Shown here piece after piece: positions 48,336 to 56,297 of a stretch of DNA of 64,000 nucleotides (position 1 is its first letter; the number at the start of each line of letters is the position of its first letter). The position numbers were made by a program, and so were the translations under genes. The notes below the pieces were generated by a model. It did no database searches. It saw nothing but the letters and a program-made list of their open reading frames with translations, and had not been told where the DNA came from. Source of the DNA: an uncultured Acidobacteriota bacterium (lineage in GTDB: Bacteria; Acidobacteriota; Terriglobia; Terriglobales; Acidobacteriaceae); contig CAWIPV010000008.1 in NCBI GenBank assembly GCA_963838135.1, forward strand, positions 693,464 to 757,463, in the 5' to 3' direction.

Positions 48336-49351
48336 CGCGCAGCCTCTGCCGTCGTGGCGGTCACATCCGCCAGAGTCGAGTCCACCACCGCGAGCTGATG
48401 CCTTTGGGGAACAAAGTTGACATCGGTGAGTCCAAGTACACTCTGCAGTTTGTCGGCGGGCACCTTCAGCGGACCAGGCGACGCTGCCGTACCCGGCGGC
48501 GGTTGCGGAAACGCAGTGGACATCGCTGTGTGAAATGTGACGTTACCCTCTACCTTTTGCATCACCTGGTGAATGTGTCCGTTCAGCACCGTGAGAGAGC
48601 CAAAGCGTTTCAGCAGAGAAAGTGCCTGCTCGCTATCCGACGTGGCCCAACCCCAATCCGGATAGAGCGCCCACAGCGGAATATGCGCAAAGAGCACAAT
48701 CGGCGTACTGCTTCCCAGTCGTGCAACGTCCTGCTTGAGCCAGGCAAGTTGATCGTTGCCCAGTTTACCCATTCCTTCGAGTTGAACTACGTTGACCAGG
48801 CCTACGAAGTGAACCCCCTTGTGGTCGAAGCTGTACCAGCCGTTCCCAACCGTGCCTTTACCATAGCGTTCGAGGTAGATCTTCCCGTCATCTTCGGAGG
48901 TGTCGTGCTCTCCGGGAACGTAAAAGACTTTGCTTTTGGCACCAACCAGTACCTGGTCCATGGTGTCGAACTCCGAGGCCTTCGAAGTGTGCGTAAGGTC
49001 GCCAGTATGGATCAGGAAATCCGGCATACGGGATGCCGCTCGAATCTTGTCCACCGCTTTTTGCAGTGTGCCCGTGACGTCCGGATTCGCCCCCTTGGTA
49101 AAGCCGATGTGGCTATCGCTGATCTGAATGAAGCTGAATTCTTCGTCGTGCGTTTGTGGATTTACGGCGCCAAAGGCTCTGGAAACTGGAATCCCTCCAG
49201 CAAGGCTCCAGACTATGCCGGTGCCCGCCCACGCCATGCAATGCAAAAATCCGCGACGGTCAATTCCGTCATAACTTTCCGGCATAGTCCTGGCACTCGC
49301 TTCTAGAGACTTCGTTGCCGCATCGGATTCCGAAGTTGTTTTCTTCATCAC
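48332..49351 (-). CDS. Tat-exported metallophosphoesterase
   Basis: Twin-arginine signal (IDRRGFLHCMAWAG) and MPE motifs ISDSHIG, GDLTH, GEHD and NGHIH. Confidence 0.8.
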   Translation of the reverse strand: MMKKTTSESDAATKSLEASARTMPESYDGIDRRGFLHCMAWAGTGIVWSLAGGIPVSRAFGAVNPQTHDEEFSFIQISDSHIGFTKGANPDVTGTLQKAVDKIRAASRMPDFLIHTGDLTHTSKASEFDTMDQVLVGAKSKVFYVPGEHDTSEDDGKIYLERYGKGTVGNGWYSFDHKGVHFVGLVNVVQLEGMGKLGNDQLAWLKQDVARLGSSTPIVLFAHIPLWALYPDWGWATSDSEQALSLLKRFGSLTVLNGHIHQVMQKVEGNVTFHTAMSTAFPQPPPGTAASPGPLKVPADKLQSVLGLTDVNFVPQRHQLAVVDSTLADVTATTAEAAR

Positions 49352-50029
49352 CTCTCCTTGTAGGCTTTCAAACGTACAGCTACATCAACTGAGCCCATCA
49401 CTTTTTATTCCCTGGGACGCAGAAGTTGTGCCGCCAGGTGAGAGCGACACAATTTGCTCTTCTAGAGCGGGAGATTTGCTGCTGTTTGGGTCGTATACAT
49501 TGATGAGGCCATTCCGAAATTGCAGACCAGAATGTCATTTGCGAAGGCACTAAATGTCGCAGCCGCCGAAGCGTTGCGACAGTTCACAAAGAGATACGTC
49601 CATGAACCGAATTCAATTCCCAAGATGCGGACAATGGAATTGGTTACGTCGGGGTCGGCGTGGCCTATTACGGCGGCAATGCAGTCGGCTATGAGTTTGC
49701 CCCATCGTAGATGGCCGCGAAATCGGACTCAGCGGCGGTCAGCACGAATATCAACGCCGGGCGCCAACAGCCGTCATTCCGGACGGCGGCCGGGCCACCA
49801 TAGCACTGAACCCCGAGCGTTCGGATGGCGCTTGCACCCTTCGGCTTCCAAGGGGCGCAAAAAGAATGGTGCGTCAACGATTGATGTTACCGGTCCGAGG
49901 GGAGGACGGTCGCAGGCTATGAAATGCCTGCGTGAACCCTCCCGGTCCTGACAGAGTACGAGCGCTCATGTTTGAAGGCCCTAACCATCAGTGGCTTAAA
50001 ACATCTCGCTCGGAAAATAGAAACTCCAA

Positions 50030-50056
50030 GCGGCTGCCCTTTTAAAGGGCAGCCGC
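50030..50056 (-). terminator. Palindromic terminator hairpin of gene B (copy of 44987-45013)
   Basis: The same 27-nt palindrome, followed on the minus strand by TTGGAGTTTCTATTTT. Confidence 0.7.
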
Positions 50057-51240
50057 TTGGACCGTGCGATTAGTTGATTGTGATCGGTGTCGAGCTGCAG
50101 GTGGTAACACACGCAACCAAATAGTAGGAGCCTGACAGGCCCGGCACGGTGATCTTGGTCGTGCCCGAACTGCTGGCCCCTACTGCCAGTAAACCAGTAC
50201 TCCGGTTTCCAGAGACTCCTCCGCTGGGGCTGGTGGTCGGGGAGAAGTAGAAGAGCACCGTACCGGCACCTGCGCTCCCACTGTCAGTTACGGTGTCGCT
50301 GACGGTGATCACGGTGCCGTGTGTGATGGGCGAGGCCGGCGATACGCTCACGTTGCTCTCCGCCAGGACTGCCGGCGGCGGCGGGACAATGGTGATCGGC
50401 GTCGAACTGCAGGTTGTAAGACATGCAACCAGATAGTAGGAGCCCGACAGCCCTGGCACGGTGATCTTGGTCGTACCCGAACTGCTGGCACCTACTGCCA
50501 GTAAACCAGTACTCCGGTTTCCATAGACTCCTCCGCTGGGGCTAGTGGTCGTGGAGAAGTAGAAGAGCACCGTACCGAAGCCCGCGCTCCCACTGTCAGT
50601 TACTGTGTCACTGACGGTGATCACGGTGCCGGATGTGATGGGCGAGGCCGGCGATACGCTCACGTTGCTCTCCGCCAGTACTGCCGGCGGCGGCGGGACA
50701 ATGGTGATCGGCGTCGAACTGCAGGTTGCTAGACATGCAACCAGATAGTAGGAGCCCGACAGGCTCGGCACGGTGATCTTGGTCGTGCCCGAACTGCTGG
50801 CCATTACCCCTAGCAGACCAGTACTGCGGTTTGCGTAGACCGATCCGCTGGCGCTCGTGGTCGTGGAGAAGTAGTAGAGCACCGTACCGAATGTCGAGCT
50901 CACGCTGTTATTCGTTGCGGTGTCGCTGACCGTGATGACGGTGCCGGATGTGATGGGCGAAGCCGGCGATACGCTGACATTACTTTCAACCAGACCAGGA
51001 AGGACAGAGAGCGTTCCCGGCGTGAGGCCAAAGGTGTAGTTCTGCGCCGAAAGGGTCCCAGTGGTGCAAGTGATGGGATAGCTCCCGGCAGGGCTTGACG
51101 TCGTAGCCGTGGAACTGCATGACGCCGAGCCTGTTACGACCGAGGTGCCGTCGCCATTGACGTATCCGGCCACCGTGTAGGTGAATGCCGGATTCGCCGT
51201 GTTGATATTACGGCTCAGGTTGTTCGCCGTCACCGTCAGA
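50030..51240 (-). repeat. Right arm of the 1.2-kb inverted repeat (3' end of gene B plus its terminator)
   Basis: See the left arm. The encoded 364 C-terminal residues are identical to gene A. Confidence 0.95.
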
Positions 51241-54200
51241 GACGCTGGGGTGACGGTCAGCGTGCCTGGCGTGAACGTAATAGCGTAATTGCCGGAGATC
51301 ACTCCGCCAGGAGTGACGGAATAGTTGCCCGGAGTACTGGAGGCAGTCGCCGGCGTGCTGAAGAGGAGCGTGCCGCCGAGCACCGACGCTGTATCGCCGC
51401 TCACGAATCCGGTGTAGATCGGCGTGAACGCCGGATTGGCCGCTCCGTACGTCTTCGTTGCCGCCTGCACCGCAATGTTCAGTGCGGCTGCGGTGATGGT
51501 CAATGTACCAGGGGAATTGGTTACCGTATAGTTGCCGATCGCATTGCCCGGATCGACTAGGGTTGCCGTGATCGGGTAAGTGCCGGTTGGGCTCGTCGCG
51601 CTCGCCGCGGTTCCATAGCTAGCGGTGATGTTATCTCCGTTTGCCAGTCCTGTCAGCGTACCTCCGAAGACCGGGTTGGCGGCGCCATAGATGCGTCTGG
51701 CGTTTGCAACCGTTACCGTCAGTGAGATTGGATTTACCGTTAGAGAACCGTTCACGTAGCTGATGTTGTAATTGCTTGTGGCGAACGTGCCGCCTACTGG
51801 CGCGCTGGGCATAATCGCATAAGCGCCCGCCGCCGCCGTTGCTGCCGCTCCCGTGCTGGTCAGCGTAACGCTGCCGACCGTATCACCGTTGATCAGGCCG
51901 TTGACGGCGAATGCCGTGGTACCCAACGTTGCTGTCTGCCCGTAGTTCTTGCTCTGGTTGCCGGCAGTGATGGTCAACGAAGCCGGGTTGATGGTGGCCG
52001 TAGTGGTCGCCGAAGTCGAGACCAGCTGGTAATTGCCCGCCCCGCCGCTCAGCGTGATACCTGTCGCGGTCACCGTTTGCGAAATGGCGGCTGGGGAGGC
52101 AAATGCTGCGCTGGCCGCCGAGCACGTTACCTTGTCACCCGCGATCACCACCGTCAACGAACAGCCCGTGATGGTCGCGGAGCTGGTTCCGTCGTACGGT
52201 TTGTTGGCCGCCGTCACGCTGGCAGTCACTGGAGCCGAGTTGATGGTGGCTGTAGTAGTCGCCGAGGTCGAGACCAGCTGGTAATTTGCCGATGACCCGC
52301 CGCTCAGCGTGATGCCTACCGCGGTCACCGTCTGGGGCGTCGAACTGGCGCTGGAAGAAGCAAATGCGGCACTGGCCGCCGAGCAAGTCACCTTGCTGCT
52401 GTCAGCTGCGATCACCCCCGTCAGCGAACAACTGGTGGTTGCAGTGCTGGTTCCGTCGTACGGCTTGCTGATTGCCGTCACACTGGCGGTCACTGAGGCC
52501 GCGTTGATGGTGGCCGTAGTGGTCGCCGAAGTCGAGACCAGCTGGTAATTGCCCGCGCCGCCGCTCAGCGTGATACCTGCCGCCGTCACCGTCTGCGGCG
52601 TCGAACTGGCGTTGGAAGAGGCAAATGTTGCACTGGCTGCCGAGCAAGTCACCTTGCCGTTGTCAGCAGAGAGCAAGCCCGTCAGCGAACAGCCTGTGAT
52701 GTTCGCAGTGCTGGTTCCGTCGTACGGCTTGCTGATTGCCGTCACGCTGGCAGTCACTGAGGCCGGGTTGATGGTGGCCGTAGTGGTCGCCGAAGTCGAG
52801 ACCAGCTGGTAATTGCCCGCTGCCCCGCCGTTCAGCGTGATGCCCGTTGCGGTCACCGTCTGCGGCGTCGAGTTGGCGTTGGAAGAGGCGAATGCGGCAC
52901 TGGCCGCCGCGCACGTCACTGCACCGCTGTCCCCCGCAAGCACTCCCGTCGGCGAACAACCCGTAATGGTCGCGTTGCTGGTTCCGTCATACGGCTTACT
53001 GGCTGCCGTCACGCTGGCAGTCACTTGAAACGGATTAATGGTGGCCGTAGTGGTCGCCGAAGTCGAGGCCAGTTGGTAATTGCCCATCGCCGTACCGCTC
53101 AGCGTGATGCCTGCGGCTGTCACCGTCTGGGGCGTCGAACTGGCGCTGGATGAGGCAAATGCTGCGCTGGCCGCCGAGCACGTCACCTTACCGATATCAC
53201 CTGCGAGCACTCCTGTCAGCGAACAGCCCGAGATGGTCGCGTTGCTGGTTCCGTCGTACTGTTTGTTGGCCGCCGTCACGCTGGCAGTCACCGAGGTCGG
53301 GTTGACCGTCATCGTTCCGTTCACGAAAGCGTAGGTGTAGTTGGTCAGTGTCGCAGGCAGGGTCCCCAAACTGATGCTGATGGTGTACTGCGCTGCCGGA
53401 CTTGAGGAGGTTGCTGTCGTCGAGAGCGCGGGTACCTTGGTTCCCCACAGCGTGCTAATTTGGTCGTTATTCTGTAAGCCCGAGACGGTATATGCGCCCA
53501 AAAGACTGGGAACCGTGCCGCCGTACGTCATTGACAGATTGTTGGCGGTTACGGTCAGCACCGCCTGGCTCACCACCTGCACCAGTGTGGAGGAAGTCGC
53601 CGCGAGGTAGTTTGAGTCGGTTGCAAATGTTGCCGTGATGTCGTGGCTACCCGTCGCCAGGGTGGTGGTTGTGCAAGTTGCCATGCCGCCAGTGTTAGTC
53701 ATGGCGCCGCCGCACAGTATTGTCGCCCCGGACTTGAAGGTCACTGCGCCGCCAGGCGCGGCTAGGCCGGGGGCGTTCGGCAGCGCCGTGGCCGTAAAGG
53801 TCACGCTTCCGTAAGTGCTCGGGTTCGCCGAGGCGGTGACAATGGGGGTTGCGGCCACAGCTACCTTCGCCACCGTAACGCTCACGCCGCTCGAGTTGCT
53901 GCCATTGTAGTTTGCGTCGCCGGCGTAGACTGCGGTAAAGCCGCCGCCAGATCCGGGCAATGCGGGAGTTGTAACGGCAGTACCGGTGGAGTCCAAAGAG
54001 ACGTTGGACGCGTAGAGAACACCAGCGAGCATAATATTAACCGAGCCGGTGGGGATTCCGGTTGCGGGCGATTTGGGCGCTACGGTCACGGTAAACTGCA
54101 CCAGTGTGCCGTAAGGGCTGCTGCCAGTCGGACTTGCGGTGATTTTCGTTGTGGTGTTGCCCAGATTCACAGTCTCGGTCTGCGGCACTGGAGAGAGAAG

Positions 54201-55886
54201 GCCCGCGGTATTGGATAGGGAGGAGATCACCGGCGACCCGGCCACGGTATCCGTGTAGTAGACGTCTACCGAAGAAGCTTTTGCCGCGACCGTCGCGCTT
54301 GTGACCGCACCCCCGGTGCAGCCTGACACCGCGTAGAAAGTCCCGGTGCCTGAGGTGGTAGCGAGATTCACGGTAACTGCAGAGCTAACCGCAGAGGACA
54401 CGCCCAGACTATCTTGGCTTTGGATGATGATGGCGCTAGAGCACTCTCCTGGCACCACTACCCGCGCCGCATTGGTGAACGCAAGCTGGTAAGGCGTGCC
54501 CGCGTCTGTGAATTGAATCTGCGCCTGCGATTTGCTCCCGACGGCGGTTACGGTGTAAGAGGTACCGACGTCGAGCGGGGATGGAGCATAGTTGGCGCTT
54601 ACGATATTGCCGTTGGCATCGGCGGTGACCTGCGAGGTGAGGCTGCCGTCGATCGGCGGCGTCTGCACCTGCGTCAGGGTTACGGTCTCTGCCGGTTGCC
54701 ATCCGGAGCCGGTAAGGGTCACAAGCTGACCAGGGTGGTAACCAGGAAGATCGGATTGCAACGTCGCGTAGCCGTATTGCTCGACTGCTGCGAAGCTAGA
54801 GCCGCCCGCAAGGGTCAGGATACCGGAGCCAGCAGCCACGCTTCCACCCTGGTGCGACGAAGCAGGGGCGGAATCAATCACGGTGTTGTTCCACGGCAGG
54901 AAGAGTTCGGCGCTGCTAATAGGATTCCCAGCGTTCGTACCATCTGCGACCAGTACGGCATTGTTAGCCGGAAGCAGCGACGCAACTTGCCCAGTGCGCG
55001 CAGTGGTCAACGCAACCGGCGCCACGGTATCCAAGCCCAGGATTGCGTCGATCAACTCCACCGAGGCAAGTTCGGCAACACCGTTTTGCGCGCCCTCGGG
55101 ATAGCTGCCGCCGACGATGGCGACGCGACCGTCAACCAGCGTGCTGGCAGAAGCTCCGCTGCGAGGCGTCGTGAGCGATGGTCCGCTGGTGGAAAAACCT
55201 GTCGCTGGAGCGAAGATCTCGGTAGTTGCCAGCGTCGCGCCGGAGGCATCGCTGCCACCTGCCACCAGCAAACGTCCATCGGTAAGGACGGCAATCGCCG
55301 GGTTAGAGCGGGGAGTGTTGAGGACTCCCAGGTATGTGAATTGCTTCGAAGACGGATCGTAGAGTTCCACCGCGGCCACGGCCGAGCTGCCGTTGCTACC
55401 GCCAATGATGGCAACCGTGCTGTCAGGCAGCACAAATGCTGCGTGCCCTGAACGGGCATCGTTCAAGGTACTGGTCAACAGAGTCCACGCATTTGCCGTC
55501 GGATCGAACACCTCGGCGGTATTGGTGGCTCCGGTCGCTGTGTCACCGCCGGTCACCAACACCAAGTTTCCAGCAAGTAGCGTGGCGGTGTGTCCCGAGC
55601 GTCCCACGTTCAACGCTGGCCCCGGTGTTACAGTTCCGTCCGAGTTCACAAAGTCTGTGCTGTTCAGAGTTAGTCCGCCAGCATCAAGTCCGCCGACGAC
55701 CAGTACCCGTCCATCGGAAAGCAGCACGGATGCTGCTGCGTTACGCGGAACACTCAACGGAGTCACCGCCGTCCATGTGCCGACGGAGGCCGGAGTAACG
55801 GAGGCTGCGGCAGACTGTGCGTTCAACCCGAGAGACAGCACGGCGTACAGAAGCGCGAACAAGATGGCAGCTCCACAGCGACGCAT
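50070..55886 (-). CDS. Giant secreted repeat protein B: Kelch-type beta-propeller + Ig-like + YDG/MBG-like arrays + 3x CARDB-like
   Basis: 1938 aa with a signal peptide. Six Kelch-like blades (…DGRVLVVGG…, …GNLVLVTGG…). Big_3-like units (…FTAVYAGDANYNGS…), five YDG-type repeats and several MBG-type units. GGAGG lies 6 nt upstream of the ATG. Confidence 0.9.
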   Translation of the reverse strand: MRRCGAAILFALLYAVLSLGLNAQSAAASVTPASVGTWTAVTPLSVPRNAAASVLLSDGRVLVVGGLDAGGLTLNSTDFVNSDGTVTPGPALNVGRSGHTATLLAGNLVLVTGGDTATGATNTAEVFDPTANAWTLLTSTLNDARSGHAAFVLPDSTVAIIGGSNGSSAVAAVELYDPSSKQFTYLGVLNTPRSNPAIAVLTDGRLLVAGGSDASGATLATTEIFAPATGFSTSGPSLTTPRSGASASTLVDGRVAIVGGSYPEGAQNGVAELASVELIDAILGLDTVAPVALTTARTGQVASLLPANNAVLVADGTNAGNPISSAELFLPWNNTVIDSAPASSHQGGSVAAGSGILTLAGGSSFAAVEQYGYATLQSDLPGYHPGQLVTLTGSGWQPAETVTLTQVQTPPIDGSLTSQVTADANGNIVSANYAPSPLDVGTSYTVTAVGSKSQAQIQFTDAGTPYQLAFTNAARVVVPGECSSAIIIQSQDSLGVSSAVSSAVTVNLATTSGTGTFYAVSGCTGGAVTSATVAAKASSVDVYYTDTVAGSPVISSLSNTAGLLSPVPQTETVNLGNTTTKITASPTGSSPYGTLVQFTVTVAPKSPATGIPTGSVNIMLAGVLYASNVSLDSTGTAVTTPALPGSGGGFTAVYAGDANYNGSNSSGVSVTVAKVAVAATPIVTASANPSTYGSVTFTATALPNAPGLAAPGGAVTFKSGATILCGGAMTNTGGMATCTTTTLATGSHDITATFATDSNYLAATSSTLVQVVSQAVLTVTANNLSMTYGGTVPSLLGAYTVSGLQNNDQISTLWGTKVPALSTTATSSSPAAQYTISISLGTLPATLTNYTYAFVNGTMTVNPTSVTASVTAANKQYDGTSNATISGCSLTGVLAGDIGKVTCSAASAAFASSSASSTPQTVTAAGITLSGTAMGNYQLASTSATTTATINPFQVTASVTAASKPYDGTSNATITGCSPTGVLAGDSGAVTCAAASAAFASSNANSTPQTVTATGITLNGGAAGNYQLVSTSATTTATINPASVTASVTAISKPYDGTSTANITGCSLTGLLSADNGKVTCSAASATFASSNASSTPQTVTAAGITLSGGAGNYQLVSTSATTTATINAASVTASVTAISKPYDGTSTATTSCSLTGVIAADSSKVTCSAASAAFASSSASSTPQTVTAVGITLSGGSSANYQLVSTSATTTATINSAPVTASVTAANKPYDGTSSATITGCSLTVVIAGDKVTCSAASAAFASPAAISQTVTATGITLSGGAGNYQLVSTSATTTATINPASLTITAGNQSKNYGQTATLGTTAFAVNGLINGDTVGSVTLTSTGAAATAAAGAYAIMPSAPVGGTFATSNYNISYVNGSLTVNPISLTVTVANARRIYGAANPVFGGTLTGLANGDNITASYGTAASATSPTGTYPITATLVDPGNAIGNYTVTNSPGTLTITAAALNIAVQAATKTYGAANPAFTPIYTGFVSGDTASVLGGTLLFSTPATASSTPGNYSVTPGGVISGNYAITFTPGTLTVTPASLTVTANNLSRNINTANPAFTYTVAGYVNGDGTSVVTGSASCSSTATTSSPAGSYPITCTTGTLSAQNYTFGLTPGTLSVLPGLVESNVSVSPASPITSGTVITVSDTATNNSVSSTFGTVLYYFSTTTSASGSVYANRSTGLLGVMASSSGTTKITVPSLSGSYYLVACLATCSSTPITIVPPPPAVLAESNVSVSPASPITSGTVITVSDTVTDSGSAGFGTVLFYFSTTTSPSGGVYGNRSTGLLAVGASSSGTTKITVPGLSGSYYLVACLTTCSSTPITIVPPPPAVLAESNVSVSPASPITHGTVITVSDTVTDSGSAGAGTVLFYFSPTTSPSGGVSGNRSTGLLAVGASSSGTTKITVPGLSGSYYLVACVTTCSSTPITIN
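51979..53300 (-). repeat. Five tandem 252-270-bp coding repeats (YDG-type domains) inside gene B
   Basis: VTASVTA..K.YDGTS.A.I.GCSLTG......KVTCSAASAAFASS.ASSTPQTVTA.GITLSGG..NYQLVSTSATTTATIN repeated five times. Periodic shadow ORFs at 52033, 52309, 52549, 52813 and 53080 show the same period. Confidence 0.9.
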
Positions 55887-56186
55887 AAGAATCCTCCATT
55901 TAGAGCCTTAGTTCTTGAAATTCAAGCGGGCCCACCCGCACCGATACGTCAGGCAAAACAGTCCCCCGCGCGATTGCGCTTCAGGGCCAAAAACTGTGAC
56001 TGGGACTGCTTGTCGGACGCGAGGAACGGCACGTAACCCTAAAGGTCATGTACCTACATACATCCAGAGTCTCTGATAGGTCATGGCCTTTGGCAATATT
56101 CCCGTTCTGAATTTGTACTGAACTGGGACTTGACAACAGCGGGGCTCGGACTTTTGTTACAGTTTCGTGAAAGAGTATTTTTTACC

Positions 56187-56216
56187 TTGACGTTGGCATC
56201 CATAGTTCCTCACAAT
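56187..56216 (+). promoter_or_regulatory. Candidate sigma-70 promoter of the CadC-like regulator
   Basis: TTGACG, 17-18 nt spacer, then (T)CACAAT, about 80 nt upstream of the ATG at 56298. Confidence 0.35.
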
Positions 56217-56297
56217 GCACAAGCCAAGAGGTTCCCCTCGCCGGGACACGAGTAATCGGGAACGGACACAACTACAACGACCCAAAGGACGTGATGG

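Noticed and set aside
43803-51240. A diversity-generating retroelement (template/variable repeat pair) as the explanation for the duplicated C-terminal region.
   Set aside because: There is no reverse transcriptase or accessory gene in the window. The few differences between the copies are synonymous and are not adenine-specific.
51979-53300. The regular ~264-bp periodicity, and the ~312-bp periodicity at 44056-44970 and 50073-50987, as possible CRISPR-like arrays.
   Set aside because: The periods are far too long and there are no short conserved repeats separated by unique spacers. The periodicity is fully explained by in-frame protein domain repeats.
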